A stretch of DNA of 64,000 nt from the human T2T-CHM13v2.0 reference genome, Homo sapiens, in assembly GCF_009914755.1 (NCBI RefSeq), contig NC_060937.1, one strand, 5' to 3'. A model generated the notes under the pieces. The model worked only from the letters and a program-made list of their open reading frames with translations. It was not told where the DNA came from and made no database searches. Numbering within the stretch: the first letter of the stretch is position 1; the number at the start of each line of letters is the position of its first letter. Position numbers and translations under genes: made by a program. Shown piece by piece: positions 1 through 15,863 of the stretch.

Positions 1-225
1 TAAACTGACCTCACAGGATTATTGCTGAAGACAGGCCAGGTGACCAGACATCACCTGGGAGATGGTGAGGGTTGAGGAACCTGATTAGGTATTGAGGGCA
101 AGAGGTTTTGGCTAAACTGCCTTAGTAGGGTTCTTGCTAAAACTGCCTTCTGCAAGGAAGTGCACAGATGGACTTTGCTGGTCTGGGTTCGGGAGCCTGG
201 CTTAAGTTTGGTCAAGCAGTAGTTG
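1..225 (-). mobile_element. ERV1 LTR fragment, MER31/MER67-like, cut by the window start
   Basis: Reverse complement contains 'cttgaccaaacttaagccaggctcc...catctgtgcacttccttgcagaaggcagttttagcaagaaccctactaag', matching my recollection of the MER31-type 5' end. Confidence 0.6.
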
Positions 226-1869
226 TTAATGCAGAAAAAGAAGGCGGCCTTTCGGTGTGCTGAGCACAGTGAGGGAATTATTGCTGGTTTACTCTGGGTT
301 TTCACATGCTCTTTCATTCCAACAACTGAACTGGTTTTACTTGAGTCGATCTGCAGCCCATCCTGAAATTATTTCAGTAAGTTTTCCTCTGTCTTTGTGT
401 TTAAAACACAGCAAGCTGCTGACATGGGGTGAGTATCAGGTGAATACTACCTTCTAGAACCTTTGTCGAATCAGTCTGGCCCATCTCCATGCTTTTCATA
501 AGTTAATTGCTAACTCCCAAAGAAAAAAAATACCATTTCTTACTTTCTGGTCTCTTATCAAACATGCTGAGCACGGCTTGGTTAAGCAGTAACTCTCGCT
601 ATGCAAGTAAACAGAATTCTCCACCGCACCTCCCTCTTTGTACATGAGAACTTGGGAGAAAATCATCAACAGCTATTAATAATGCACTGAACTGGAAGTG
701 GTTCAGTTTCTTTAAGACACCTTGAGAATATTTACACGTGTGGAGGACAGAGTGTTTACAAGGGTCCCCGTGAGAACACGGTTATGGGAGGGTGGCTGTC
801 GGGTCTGGGGGCATTCTCCTGCCAACACCAGGACTTCAGCAACAGGGGGCTGTTCCTTGAGTACAAATCTTAAATTTACATGGAAATTGGCCAACTTTGA
901 GGTTTCGGAAGTTTTATAAATGGCTGGAATCTCAAGAGCCAGACGTGGTTTTGGGACTCAGTGGTGGGGTGAGGTTTGAACACCATCCGGGCCTTGGCTG
1001 TAGAGAGAGCTGAGAAGCGATGAGCACCCCAGGGCTGTTTCCACACGAGCAGGCGGAGGAGCTGGGCCACTTAAGTAGTGTGATTCAGAAGTTGCCAGAA
1101 AGGTAGCCCCCTGACAGAGAAATAGGCCTCTCTCCTCAAAGATTTACCTCTGAATCTGAATTTTAGATGGAGAGATTTCTACACTTCAGTTTGGGTTTGG
1201 ACTCCAAGGCCTCTCCTTTAAAATGCAAAAAGTCAACTTAAAAGAGGAATGTATTAACATATTAGCACACAGGCCACATACCATGAATTAATGAGTTCAC
1301 CAAATAGACATCACCTGCAGGATCCTGAAGGCCAGGGTGAGGGGCCCTTCTTAACCCTCCCTGTACCACAGCCTGTCTCTGACCCGAGATCCCAGCACTG
1401 CACCCCCACAAGCTCACCTCATCTGAAGGTTTGAGCCCATGGTGATATTTACATCAGGATTGGACTGGGACCTCCAGGAGCCTTAACTGTGGACAGCATT
1501 AGCTGCTCTTCTCCTTCCTCGGCCATAAGAAAATAAAATTCAACTTAGTTCTAAAATGAACATAATGATGGCTTAACCATGTGCAGGCTTTCCCCACAAG
1601 GGAAAATCACTTCTTGTATTTTTTGAAATAGAAAACATGAAATTCTTTCCCAAGCTTTTCTTTTTGTTCCTGTTTTGATAATGTCCCAGGTGCACACTTA
1701 AGATGGAACCCAACCATCTTTTCATTAACACACCACAACCCTGGCTGGGGCCCTCTCCTCACTTCTTGTGCCTTCCCTGTGCCCTTCTTCATGCCACGAG
1801 CCTGGTACTAGGGATGCGCTAGCACACCAAACGTAATCCTTCACCCAGGCCTGGCTTCCAAGTGCTAGA

Positions 1870-3277
1870 CTGACCCTCTCAGAGATCTAGCACTTATGTA
1901 CACTTGAGCGTCCTACCGGCACCTCCGCATCACCAGGTCCAAAACAGAACTTGTGAACTTTTCCACCAAATTCGCTCTTTTTCTTGTTATCTCCATCTAA
2001 AAAAATTCATCCAGTTTCTCAAGTCAGAAATCTGGGAGTTATCCTTAACATCTTCTTATATGCAAAAACCCACGATTTTTCCTCCTTAGTATCTGTCATT
2101 TCCATCTATGGCCACTCTCCCTCCCACTGCCACTATGCCTTGGAGCCGCCCTTTGCTCCTGCCTGGCTCATTGCGGTAGCCATCTAATCCTCCTGCCCTG
2201 CTCTGCTCATCTCAAACACCCATTCTCCGCTTGTGGCCCGAGGGATGGTTCCGATCTGATCGTGTTCCTCATGCCCCTGTTTCACCACCCTGAATGGTAG
2301 GTATCCCCAGGCTCAAACACCTTCATGAAATTTACAAGACTGCTTACCATATGGCTGTGCTTTCTGCTCCCTTCCCTCTCTAGCCACTTTCCATCATGTA
2401 TTCCACATGTCTATGAATTCCCACACACAGTCATCTGCCTATGCTTTGGGCCTTTGCATATGCTATTCCATCTTCTGGGAGTAGACTTTCCACTTTGTAA
2501 CTGTCTGATTCCCACCCATCCTTTGGCACCTATAGCTCTTCCTCCAGGTCCTTTCCTGGGCCCTCCAACAACAGCCTCTTACTGCACTCTTCACACTGCA
2601 GGGTCTTTTGTCCTGTGAAAGTTGCAGATACCAAAATGAAATCGCTTTTGCCATACCCGGACAGAAGAGGGCCAGAAAGGCCCATAGGAGAGGAGGCTCG
2701 GGCTGACATGTCTGAGATGAGAACTGCTTCCGAGGACTTTCTAAAATCCTTTCATGTCCTTTATGCATCCCCTGTTCTGATAAGGTTTATCACGAGATAT
2801 TGTTTAGGACTACAGTAATTCAGATAAGATGTTCTTGGAAGAACACTTGCCCACTGATGGCATCTCCACCAATGAACTGAAAGCAACTCTGACTTTGAAC
2901 CTCTGGAATCAACAAACTCTGTTTCTAAGAAGTTCATGTCAATCTCGGTTTGCTAATAAAAGCCCCCCTCACCCTCTCCTCACTGAATGCACTGGTAGCT
3001 TGCCATTCCATGCATTCCGGATTATAATCCTTACTTCCATTCCTGAGTAAATTCAACATACCTACAGATAATTTTCTCTAGTGTCTTTTTTAAGGTTGAC
3101 AGTCTGTAACCTTTTCTAGCCTAGGAGCTCCAGAGGCTCTTGGGTTCCTGGGCTCTGAGGCTTGGGCAGAGCCACAGCAGGCACTGTGTGGATCTCATTA
3201 GCATTGTTTGCTCAGCGCCTAGCACAGTGCCTGCCACACAGTAAGTGCTCAGTAAGTGTTTGTTGATCTGATGAATA
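1870..3277 (+). mobile_element. L2 LINE 3' portion, split by the LTR at 2614-3101
   Basis: L2 motifs 'ccagtttctcaagtcagaaatctgggagttatcctt' and the 3' end 'gcctagcacagtgcctgccacacagtaagtgctcagtaagtgtttgttga'. Confidence 0.75.
2614..3101 (+). mobile_element. Solo ERV1 (MER4-group) LTR; subfamily not assigned
   Basis: TG...CA termini (tgtgaaagttgcag...aaggttgaca), internal AATAAA, imperfect 4-bp TSD gtcc/gtct, and it interrupts an L2. Confidence 0.75.
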
Positions 3278-4488
3278 TATTTTAATACATCGAGTTGACG
3301 GGCACTCTGGCAAAAGGGCTTGGTCGGAGTTACGTTTAAGGACTTTAAGTAGATGGAAGCTTCATCTGGGTTCTGATTATGGGATATGTGGGAGTAGGTC
3401 ACAAAAGTTGAGACTGAAAATGTAACAAAAGTCATCACTTAATGATGTGTTCACCATGGCCAGGTGCTTTATCTGTAGGAGCTCAGGTTATCCCGAGTAT
3501 CTCAGGTTAAACTGGGGCATAATTTCTTCATCTGTCAATCTAAAATGAAATGATGAGTAACTTAGGCCAGGTCACTTGGCAGGTGTGGAGGGGAGCGGTG
3601 AAGGCAGAAGCCAATTGATACTAAGAATAGGCTTTGTGTTCTCAGCGTTGCCTGGGCCTGTGCTAAATGCATGGAGCGCATCTACCACTATGACAGTCGC
3701 TGCCGAAACGATCACCCAGTCGCAGTCACTTTGCTCTGATACACATTTTAAAAATGTTATTGGTGTCAGTGGTAAGGTTGGGAGTGTGTGTATATCGTGT
3801 GTTTAGGAGGGTAGAGAAAGTGAGGTAGTTTGACCTCAAGAGATAGTGGGATGATTAATGGAGATATTAGCACTTGCTATTTTGAATTACTTGGCCTAGC
3901 TTTCCAAATGATTACCTCAAAAATCAATTAATTAGTTCATTAGTTAACCAAATTTTTATTAAGGTGAAGTTCTAGACTCTGTATGAAAAAAAAAGAAAGG
4001 TACCAGATGCTCATAATCTAGCAAGGAGAGAAGAGGCAGACCACTCTTCATTGTCATGCAAAGCAGGAAAAGGTCAGTGCCACATACGTGTTGGGTGAAA
4101 GTGCGGGGTGTCCCAAGGGGGAAGTCATTACTTGCCGTGGTAATTGGAGAAGGTGGCATGTCCCCTGGCCACTAGCAATGAGTGCTGTATAAAAGTGTTG
4201 TTCAACATTAACATGCCAATGAACCTACCACCTTATACAGGGTTTATAAGGCTACAGATAGCAGGCACTCCATAAATATTTGCTGACGTGCATGTACAGC
4301 ATGCAACCATTCCATCTGAGTGGAGGAATTGTGTTCATTACTGAATCTAGTAGAGGGTATCTGATTAGTTTAGTACAATTATGATTAAAGTCAACTCCTA
4401 TTAATTGCCTCACTTCTCAAATGCTTAGTGTATCTTTATTACAAGGTCATGATTATGAGATCATGAAAATAATCTCATCCTTCAGTGA

Positions 4489-5171
<683 letters not shown>

Positions 5172-6149
5172 TTAGTTTCTATTTAATTAATTTCTACTTA
5201 ATTAGGATATCTGAGAAGGGATCTTATTGAAACCATTTCCCATTGAATCCTCTCTGAAGCTCCATTTACTGCCTTAAATTAGGAGATTAAAAATTAAAGT
5301 GAAAGGAGATAAATAAGCATAACTTTTACAATGCTTGGCAAAATTACTGTTAGAATAAATATTTTTTTAAATCCATGCCCCCTAGCTGTTGAAATGTAGA
5401 TTAATCCTAACACTTCCAACTTTGAAGCTGGCCTGAAACGGTGGTAGCTCCTCTCAGGAGGTTTTGCTTATTTTATTTTCCCCGAATTATTTTTGCTGTA
5501 GTATGTTAAAATAACATCTCACTGAACATTTAGGTTTGTGTGGCGCAGTCCAGCCAGTGAAAGCATGAAGTGGAATTCAGCTGTATTTGAAGGTTGACAT
5601 CAAAAAGATTGAAAAGCATCTGTGAATAGTTTGAAATCAGTTTTTAGAGGACATGAATTAGACCATTGGTTCAAATAGCAGGCTTGTTGATGTGCTGAGG
5701 AAGTGCTTTTTAGCCTCCTGAGTTACCCGGCTGCTGGTGGATTCTATGATTACATGAATACTTGCTAGAGGACAGGTGTAGCTGCCTTTGTTTACTGATG
5801 ATATTCTTGCTAAAAGGTAGAAGTACAGGAGGAGCTAATTTGGCTTAGTTTCTACCTATTGACAAATGTAGACACTAAATGACTGGTCAGAGAAGTGGCC
5901 AACTGCAGCTAGAGAGTTGCAGCATTATTCTGCAGACAACGCCAGGATGTTAGGACAGCAACCACTGTAACCTCAACCACAACGATCACAACAAGGTTTA
6001 TTTGAAAATAAAAATAGGGACAACATGGATAACATTTTCTCTGGATTTTCTAAATACCATACGACTGAATAGAAACTCTTTCTGCAAGGCTCCAAAAAAT
6101 AAAAATAAAATAAAACATTTCTAGACTGACCTTGAATGCTTCCTGGTAG

Positions 6150-7415
6150 GAAATTGCCTGTAGCACACTCTGTGCTTAGATCTTGATATCCAGATATTAT
6201 GCTCCATTAAAACGAACCAACACTTCTTGGAGAAGTGGCTGATTCAGAAAGTGCAAGATGAGTCTGGGACATCTTGTTATGTCAGAAAGTAAGAAAGTGC
6301 TCACAGAATGGTGGGGACACCACCAAGGACAAAAGGAAAGGCTTGAGGGAGCTCCCACAGGCCATGAGGGACAATCTGAGGATTCAAATGAAGAAATTCA
6401 GTAACGGATTGCAACTCGCGGGACTGTGTAGGAACACCTGAGTCCACAGTGATGATAAACAAATATACAGAGAGGAAGGGAAAGAGCTCTAAAGTTAAAT
6501 ACCATATGATAAAAGAAGCAGCTAATAGAATCTCTAAAAGAATAGTACAGTAAAAAATGCCCCATTTTGCAACCATCAGAGTCAAGAAGGATTCAGGCGA
6601 GCATCAGTGAGTGCTTAAACTATTGGATCAAAGTTTGGAGAGAAACAGAATATTTACAGTGTCTCAAAGTCTTCCCCACAGATTCCTTAGTAATTACAAA
6701 GGTAAAAATGGTAACTTTATGATGAAGAACCTGTGGGAACACATATTAGCCAAGCAATCAAGGTTTGCATCACCAGTTAGGATGCTGCAAACTAACATCA
6801 TGTAACCCGTTTGTGATGAACTTAAAGCAACTCTTTTGCAGCATTTCTGCCTGAAATGCATAGCCTGAATCTAATTCAAATTGAGAGATAACTGGCCTGA
6901 AATATTCAAAAGTATCAGTGTCATGAAAAATGAGGAAAATTGGAGCAATCGTTCCAGAATAAAGAAAACTAAAGAGACATGACAACTAACTACAATGCAT
7001 ATCCTAGATGGAATTCTGACTCACAGGGAAAACAGGGAAAACAGGAATACAAGACATTATTGGAACAAATTGTGGAATCTGAATGGAGGCTGTACATTAG
7101 ATAATCCTATTTAATCGAAGTTAACTTTTCTGAATTTTTAATGTTATAATGGAAGAGAATGTTCTTGTCTTTGGAAAATGCATGCTGAAGGATTTTCTGG
7201 TGAAGAGGCAGGAGATGATCAGCTAATTCTCAAAGAGTTTAGAAAAAATAGAATTATATATTACATAAAATGTAACATAAAATATGTAGAATATATAAAA
7301 TGTGTTATATATAGACGAGGAATATGAAAACAAATGTGGCAAAGTGTTAAAATTGAGAATCTGAATAAAGAATATATGAGTTCTTTGTACTATTATTGCA
7401 ACTCCTAAGAAATTA
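6150..7415 (+). mobile_element. Ancient L1 3' UTR (L1MC/L1MD type)
   Basis: 'cttcttggagaagtggctgattc...caagatgagtctgggacatcttgttatgtcagaaagtaagaaagtgctc' and 'gttctttgtactattattgcaact'; the A-rich tail resumes after 7752. Confidence 0.8.
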
Positions 7416-7750
7416 TAGCCATATGTCACTTAATGACAGAGATCTGTTCTGAGAAATTCATCATTCGGCAATATTGTAGTTGTGCAAACATCACAGAGTA
7501 TACTTACACAAACCTAGATGGTACAGCCTGCTGTACCCTTCTGCTGTGTGGTCTAGCCTACTGCTCCTAGGCTATAAGCTGATATAGCACATTGCTGTAC
7601 TGAATCCTGTAGGCAATTGTAACATGATGGTCAGTATTGGTGTATTTAAATATAGGAAAGGTACAGTAAAAATACGGCACTATAATCTTACGGGATCAGT
7701 TACATACATGGTCTGGGGTTGACCAAATCATGGTTATGCGGTGATGGCTG
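7416..7750 (-). mobile_element. Tigger3a (MER7-type) non-autonomous DNA transposon
   Basis: Degenerate TIRs, TA at both ends, and internal 'acacaaacctagatggtacagcct' and 'aaaggtacagtaaaaatacgg'. Confidence 0.85.
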
Positions 7751-10107
7751 TATTCAATAACGAAAAGTTAAAAGAAAAAGAAGTTATTAATATTGTCACA
7801 GTTGATAAAAGAAGTTGCAAAGATGGGGGTTGAGGTAAGCAAGGAAGTCATATTTCCATCTGAATTCATTTCTTCTATTCTCCCATGTCCCATGCTTTCC
7901 TTCTAGAGTCGGCTGGCTGAAACTATTTACGTGTCTATAATGATCGTGTTTGCCTCAATGCTCCTGAGGCAGGGCTCCCAGACTCCCTTCTCCAGGCAGT
8001 CATCATGCACTGCTACCTTTGCTGACCAGCCATGTACTCTCCTGCTACGTCCTGCCACGTCTTCCTGTATTTTGGTTCTTCCTTTATTTTGGTGGCGCCT
8101 TCCTACTGCCTGGCCAACAGCTCCCCCTTCTTTCAGCTCCAGGGGAGAGAATCAGTGCCTGCATCTCTTCCAACTTGCTTTGTGCCATATTGTTTCCTAC
8201 TACACGGCTTGTTTTCTTCCTTCCAGTGCTGTGGGCATCTGTCGTCAGGCTGTGTGGTGCCACTTAGGTGGTCGATCTCTTAGGTTAGGGTCCATCTCCT
8301 CTTGAGATGCTGCCTGAGAAGACAGGCCCTTTATTTTTCCCCAGGAAACACTGTCATTTAGGTGGGATGGGATGGACTTCTTCAGGGATCAATAGACAAT
8401 CTCTCACCATGGGCTTTCCTCAAACCTATGTCCTCAAAAAAAAAAAAAATACCCTTTACACTGAAGAATGTGGCAGGACTTCAAAATTTCAAAGGCCATA
8501 AAAGTCTGGCCAAGCATTTGCTTTAGAATTTTCACTTTTTTATATCCCCTGTTCATGAAGAATGTCTCAATTGTAGACCTTCACAATGTTCTATCACTCT
8601 ATCATTATTTGGATATGAGATCAGGTAGATTAAAATAACACTGAAAGATTATCATGTGATTGGTAATGATAATTCTTTCACATCAAGGGAATTTGAGTGT
8701 GTTGGCGTTAAGAAAGTTTATTAAAATATTGCCACTAAGTCAGATCTGGAAAAAGAGAAGTTTCGATTTATGCACCTAAAGGGCTATGGTTGTCATGCTA
8801 TGATTTCTTTGTTCTTTCTTAAAACTTTAGCTGGGGAGGAGGATTTGATGGAAACTGTACAGCTTTTTAAGACTTGGTTAAATTGTGTAATTATTTTATT
8901 TAGCAGGGGTATAGGTATTGCCTCAGTTACTCTTTCCTGTAAGGCAAAAGTGTCTAAGACTAAATGATTGTGCAGTACTCACTACCACTTCTGTTCATGA
9001 CATGAGATATTGGTAGCATTACCAGAGCTCATCTTCCAAACACGTTGCTTTCATGCACCGTGTCTACATCAGCAAACTGACGGTTGTAACCTACTTGCTG
9101 ACGATCATTCCTCAGTCTTGCCGAAAATGAGTTACTCTTGTGTCTGCATTAGGCAGTGGAAAAAATCCATGGAAGGCAGTGGATTGGTCAGAGTCCCAGT
9201 TGATTTCCTTAAACCTCCTACTGATCCCTTGTTACTTAGAATGACTGGTATGTAAGTAGTCCTCATTTTTCAGGAGATAAGAGCTCTACTTCTTTTGCCC
9301 TTTACCAGACTAAGGACCAGTTGCTGAAAAGTGTACTGGTATCTGCAAATGTCTAGCATTTGAAAACAATGTTTTGTTCAAAAATGAGACAAACAACCCT
9401 TTCAAGCAAACATGACCACTGTTAAGCGTCTCAGCTTTGATAATTTCTTCTTTCTCCATTTAGCCTTGACCTTGGCAGAGACAACATGATTTATAAAATG
9501 AGTAAATGTCTAGAGGGCAGAAATTATGTCATACATGTTCTGTGCTTGTCACTTTCTGTTTTAAGATATCAATCATATGACATTTGTATTAAGTAAATTT
9601 GAACATTTATGTATATTATTTGTTGCTTTGTAGAATTATTTTATAGAATATGTTTATGGTATATCTTTGCTATGTTATGATTTTTTTGTTATCCTTTTAA
9701 AGTTAATTTTTAAAATGAAGGTAATATATGTACAAGGTTAAAATAATAAAACAAAGTGTATTAGGATGTATGATAAGAAGCAGTGGTCCCTGGGTTCATC
9801 CTTCCCCATTTCAAGTCTCGTTCCTCAGGGACAACTACTTTGATCTCTTTTAACCGTTTCTTCTGTTAGTTATTGTCAACCTCTAAATATTGTGTTTATA
9901 CTGTTATTTCTTTATTCTGATTGGATAAATGAGGATTTAATTAGTCTACACATCCTCATCACTGTTTCTTTCAATATTTCAATATTGTCATACCACATTC
10001 CACGTACCTTTATTGTTGGATTGCTTTGTAACTTTAATAAGTATAAGTAGACTTTTATTTCTTGTTACATTAACTACTGAGAGTATGTCAGCTTCTAACT
10101 TTGCACC

Positions 10108-10293
10108 CAGCCCCAGAACCAGCTACAGAATTTTTAGTGCTCAGTGGAAAATGAAAATGTAGGATCCCTTGTTCAAAAATTATTATGAATTTCAAGATGG
10201 AGACAAAAACAGTTAAGCTAAGCATGGGGACCTTCTAAGTAAGCATGGGGCCCTGTGTGAATACACTCGTTGCACACCCCAAAACTGGACCTG
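10108..10293 (-). mobile_element. MER45A hAT-family element
   Basis: 'aaaatgaaaatgtaggatcccttgttcaaaaattattatgaatttcaagatgg' and 'ggggccctgtg'; likely 8-bp TSD tttgcacc/tttgtacc. Confidence 0.8.
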
Positions 10294-11329
10294 TTTGTAC
10301 CCTATCTTACCCTTCAGCTCTCTTTCTTCCCTTCTACCTCCTAATTTCTATCATCACTTTTATTTATAATAAGATGAATAACATTTTTATTTTGTTCTAT
10401 AACCCTAAATATTGCATCCATACATCCTCTATAGGTTGGGTATCCAAGATGAATATTAATGTATCATTTTGTTATTGTTGCTATGTAAATATTAATTGTA
10501 GAAACAAATAAAATTCTGTATTTCTTTCCTGGTACATCTTTTTGTTTTTCCTGGAGTTTATAATTGCTTTTCTTTTTGTCTTGACTTTGTGTATTTATCA
10601 CATTTTCAGTTTTTACCAACTTTTCCCAATCTATCAAATCATTTTTTTGATCTAATTTCCTCCAGAGATACTTCCCAATACAAATGAAGAGTCCTTCCTT
10701 CTCCTTTTTCGATCTGGATCTATTTCTCTGTAGATGTGCTGCATGCCTGTTTTCCTGGAGCTTTTCTTTATTACTTTCCTGGTCTGGTCTCACCGCTTCC
10801 TTGATTCTGAGTCTTTCTTCCTCTTGGTTGATTCTTTGTATGCTCTAGCACCTCCCGAAATAACTTCTTAATACAGTGAGTGTGGGAAGAAACTTTCAAA
10901 GTCTTTCAATTTCTGAAGATGTTTGTATTTCACTTTCACCCTTGATTGATAGGTAGAAATAGAATTTTAGGTTGAAAGTAATTTTTGGTCAGAGTTTTGA
11001 AGGTATTACTCACTGTCTCTGGCATCCACTATTATTGATGAGAAGGTCACCCTGATGTTTTTTTATTTTATACTGCCCTTGATTTTTAGAGTTTCCTCTT
11101 CATTCTTGGTATTCAAAATTTCACAATGTTGTACACAGGTAAGGCACAGGTATGGGTCCTTTTTCATTGTAGTCATCTAGAAGCACTTTAAATCTGGAGA
11201 TTTCTTTTATTTCTGGAAAATTCTTTTGAATGCATTGTTTGATAATTTCCTTCTCTCTGTTTCCTCCTATCTCTTTTATAAACTCCTATCAATTGGATCT
11301 TGACCTCTTGGACTGATTTGCTATGATCC

Positions 11330-11406
11330 TTTTTTTTTTTTTTTTTTGACAAGGTCTTGCTTTGTAGTTTAGGCTGGAGTGCAGTGGTGTCCCTATGGTT
11401 TATTGA
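11330..11406 (-). mobile_element. 5'-truncated Alu fragment (J-like)
   Basis: Poly(T) followed by 'gacaaggtcttgct...aggctggagtgcagtggtg'. Confidence 0.8.
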
Positions 11407-13249
11407 AACTGTCTCTTTTATAGTTCTCATTTTGAGGTTTTAGGTAGTTTTTCCAATTTATTTTCCAATCTTCTATTAATTTATTATGTTTTTTGATCTC
11501 ATAAAGTTTAATTTTTTTTACCTTCTCTAATTTAACATTTATAACATTCTGTTCTGGCATTATGGATACAATAATCTTTCTAATCAGTCTATAAATAGGA
11601 GCCATAGAGTTGTTTAAGAATATGCTTTAGCTTTATTTATTTATTCATTCATTTATTTACTTTGGTCTTTGCTTTCAGGATGGAAACTTAAATGCTGGTG
11701 ATTTTTAGCCTTCCCTTTAATTTGAAGGCGAGGCACTAAAACTTGACAGTAAGCTCTGTGAATGTGAATGGAGTTTGTGAACTCGTGGGATTTACTTCAG
11801 GATTATAGGTGGTGATAGAGCATTTTTACTGGGGGACTTCTTCCTACTGGAATGTGTAGTTCTTCCTTCTACAGTGGTGAGATGTCTTAGGATAAAGTTC
11901 TGGTTTTTTTTCTTTCCCCTGTGGAATTTTCCTCTTTGGATATTGAAGTATGTGCAATTGACTATCTCTCTCCTGCCCCATCCATTTCATCTTCTGTCCT
12001 ATCATTCACTGAAATCTCTCCTCCATCTCCTTTTCTATATCAGTGCTGCTTTATAATGCCTTCATTTCTTTGCTGTCATTTAAATGAGGTCTCGAAGGTG
12101 GATGCCATCTACTATGTTTATGAAGAAGTTCATCATTCTTTAAGCTGCCTATGGCATCTGAAAATGGCAAACATGCTATTGCACAATAGGTATCAACTGC
12201 TTTCATGAAAATAGAATTTCATTCCCATCACACCTCTCACTCTGTATAGTTGGAGAGAAACCAGTGTAAATTTATATAGGAAAACCATAGTATTAAGCCT
12301 CCCATTTCTGCTAGATATAAGCAGAGAAATGGGTCAAATGGGCAGAGCCTGTTAATGGAGTTTCAGAGAGAAGATAAATGTAGCCACCTGTGGTATCAAC
12401 ATCCATTGATGGAAGGGTAGTTGTTGTTGCTGTTATTTTTAATTAGCACTTAAAGAATTTTTAAACAATTTAAAAATGTACAAAAGAGCTTTGGGCTGCT
12501 GGATATCCTCCATGTTATCAGGTCCCATGTCATTTTATTATCTTAAAACATATTTATGGGCTAATTGAGACAGAACTGTCTTCAAGCATGTAAATAGACA
12601 GTTTAGTAAAGTGCATATCTTTTCATGCAGGTTTGGTGCAAATCCTGCAGAAGCCAGGTGTCAATGAGGGAATGAGTTGCACTGGCCACACCTGCTAACA
12701 GCACTTGTTACTTCTTCCTGCAGCCATGAAGTTGGCGATGTACACCTGCTTAACCATAGTGCCTTCTTCTTACAGGACAGTCTTTCTAGTGTAAGTTTGG
12801 GCATTAGCCTAGGAGACATCTCTAATATTTTAGAGACTTTATTAACACCCACATAAACTTCTGTCTATGGCATTTCAGTAATTTTTGTGGAGAGATTTTT
12901 ACTTCCACAAAAAGCAAAGTGGCTAGCAGCTTCTGATTATGTTCTTTTTCTAATTGCCCAGCACAAACTAGGGATATTTAGCAAATATTTTTGAGCACTT
13001 AGTGCATACGTTGGCACATTAGTACACTAGACTTACAGTGAGGCTGAGGGAAATTGCTGTGAAATTTGGAAAATTGTGAACTGTAATCATGTCGATGAGC
13101 ATGTTGTCTGAATACTGCAAATGGAGAGTAAATAGGTCCATTGAATAATGAACAGGAGAAATGAAATGAAGTTAGAGGAATTTAATTTGCCTAGTTAGAA
13201 AAATTTCGTTAGATAGTAGCATGGCTTATTCATTTTTATTAACTTTATA

Positions 13250-13440
13250 AGCAAACATTTATATAACACTAAGTGTAAAGCAATCTGCAAACACCTCATT
13301 GAATCATCACCATTTGTCAGGTATAATCTGCATTTTACAATTGAGGAAACAAAGGTTCTGAGAGGGTATAGAAGAACCCCTCATAGCATGGGCTGCATTG
13401 GAGTCTGTTTGACTTGAGAGCCTGGAATCGCCTCACACCA
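13250..13440 (-). mobile_element. MIR
   Basis: MIR core 'cattttacaattgaggaaacaaaggttctgagaggg'. Confidence 0.6.
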
Positions 13441-13530
13441 TCTTGCCTGCCTCGCTCTCTGTCTCTGTGCAATCTTTGATGGATTCGGTTTTTTGCCTGG
13501 AACACCTTCTGTTTTGAAATTCAATTTCTT

Positions 13531-14024
<494 letters not shown>

Positions 14025-14186
14025 TTACATTGTTTATGTGCATGTCTGTTTCCTCCACTAGAATGTAAGCTCTCTGAGGTCAACATGTGTTCAACTTTCT
14101 TTTTATTTAACCCTCATGGGCTGATACAGTGTCTTCTACACGTCTGACACTGTGACTTTGAGGTGGATTGAATAGGCTCATATTAA

Positions 14187-14522
<336 letters not shown>

Positions 14523-15863
14523 TTGGGGTTGGTCTTTATAATGCAACAGGATTAGTAATGGTCTAGTAAAGACATTTCTTCCTATTTTTTTTTCTTTTTT
14601 CTTTTCTTAAGCACTTAGTTTTCTGGGCAAGAAAGAAGAGTCCATAAAAGCTACAAGACTGCTCAGATTAAAAATATAAATGAATGTTTACTAGATTCTA
14701 AGATATTTGAAGGCCAGGAGTCTCCGTTGTTCATCTTAGTGGCCCACTCCGCAGCTACACCTTGCTTCACACATCCAGTTTGGGTTATTTTAGTGTTGCC
14801 TGGAAAGCCAAGGACAAAAATGTGCTCTAAAATATGAGTGAACCATGTAGGATGGGGTATCCCTTAAAGTTAATTTCACCCTATTGACACCACCTCATGA
14901 TTGCCTAGGATTCCTAAGGGACTTTAACCAGAATTCTTCTTTTTTTTTTCTTTTTTGCAATGTTTGTATGAATTCTCTCCAGTCTTCCATTCTTGTTTCC
15001 TGCAGCATTTTTTCTTCTTATTCTTTGCTGTAATTGCTAGATATTAAAAGCCTGTATGAATGGTTATGAAACAAAATTGTATTGTGTGAATATTCTTATC
15101 CTGGGGTTTTCTTCTCTGTGATGCTGTGAGAAATCTCTTTTGTACCTCCTGTCAAGTCTTGAAAGGGATTTTTGCAACTAATTTGGGATAATAAAGGCAT
15201 TCTTGCTATAATGCAGCTATTCTTTTTAGGAATATATATATATATATTTCAGTAGCTTCTATTTAAGTTTGCCAAAACTGAATGAAATTTCTAGCACAAT
15301 ATTTTTTAAAGCATATATGTATTTGCATATCTCCCCACCATTCTGCCCACCACCCACTCACTTTCCAAGCATCTCAGCCTGGGCGTCTGTCACACAAAAC
15401 AGCTCCTCAAGTGTGCTCTGTTGTGTTCCCCATATTACAAACTAAAGGGACTGAGAAACTAGAGGTCCCTCTTAACAAACATTGCCATGGGAAGTACAAA
15501 GGTTATGATATAGTTGCTTGGTTTGAAGGTCATCTTCTTTTTGACTTAAAGTGAAACAGGCAATGGGGTATGGCAGATGAATCAATGCTTCAGGCTGACA
15601 ATGCTTTGCATGGCCATTGGAAAGAAATATCCATTAAATGCCCCAAACACGCCTGTTGATCTAGATACTGAGGAATAGCTCTACACCATTGACTTCCTAC
15701 CTTTGTGTTCTTTATTAAAGAAGCACATGCACTTGCTGGAAAGTCTCTTTTCCTTTCCTCTCTTCTCCAGCAAAAGCTGACCTCAGGCACACTCCCACCT
15801 TGGGATCTCCCTATCCCACTTCCTCAGGCCACATCCTTTTTAAACAAAATGGTTCTTCCCTTA

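Larger units (their letters stand above)
9690..12110 (-). mobile_element. HAL1 or very old L1 relic with a decayed ORF1-like region
   Basis: Minus-strand translation near 11190-11330 (...KIQLIGVYKRDRRKQREGNYQTMHSKEF) resembles the L1 ORF1p 'NIRIIGVPE...ENFP' region; no ORF2 is visible before the 3'-like end near 9700. Confidence 0.6.

Noticed and set aside
370-435. Clustered donor, acceptor and donor motifs (gtaagt, cacag, gtgagt)
   Set aside because: The implied intron of about 35 nt is too short, and there is no supporting frame.
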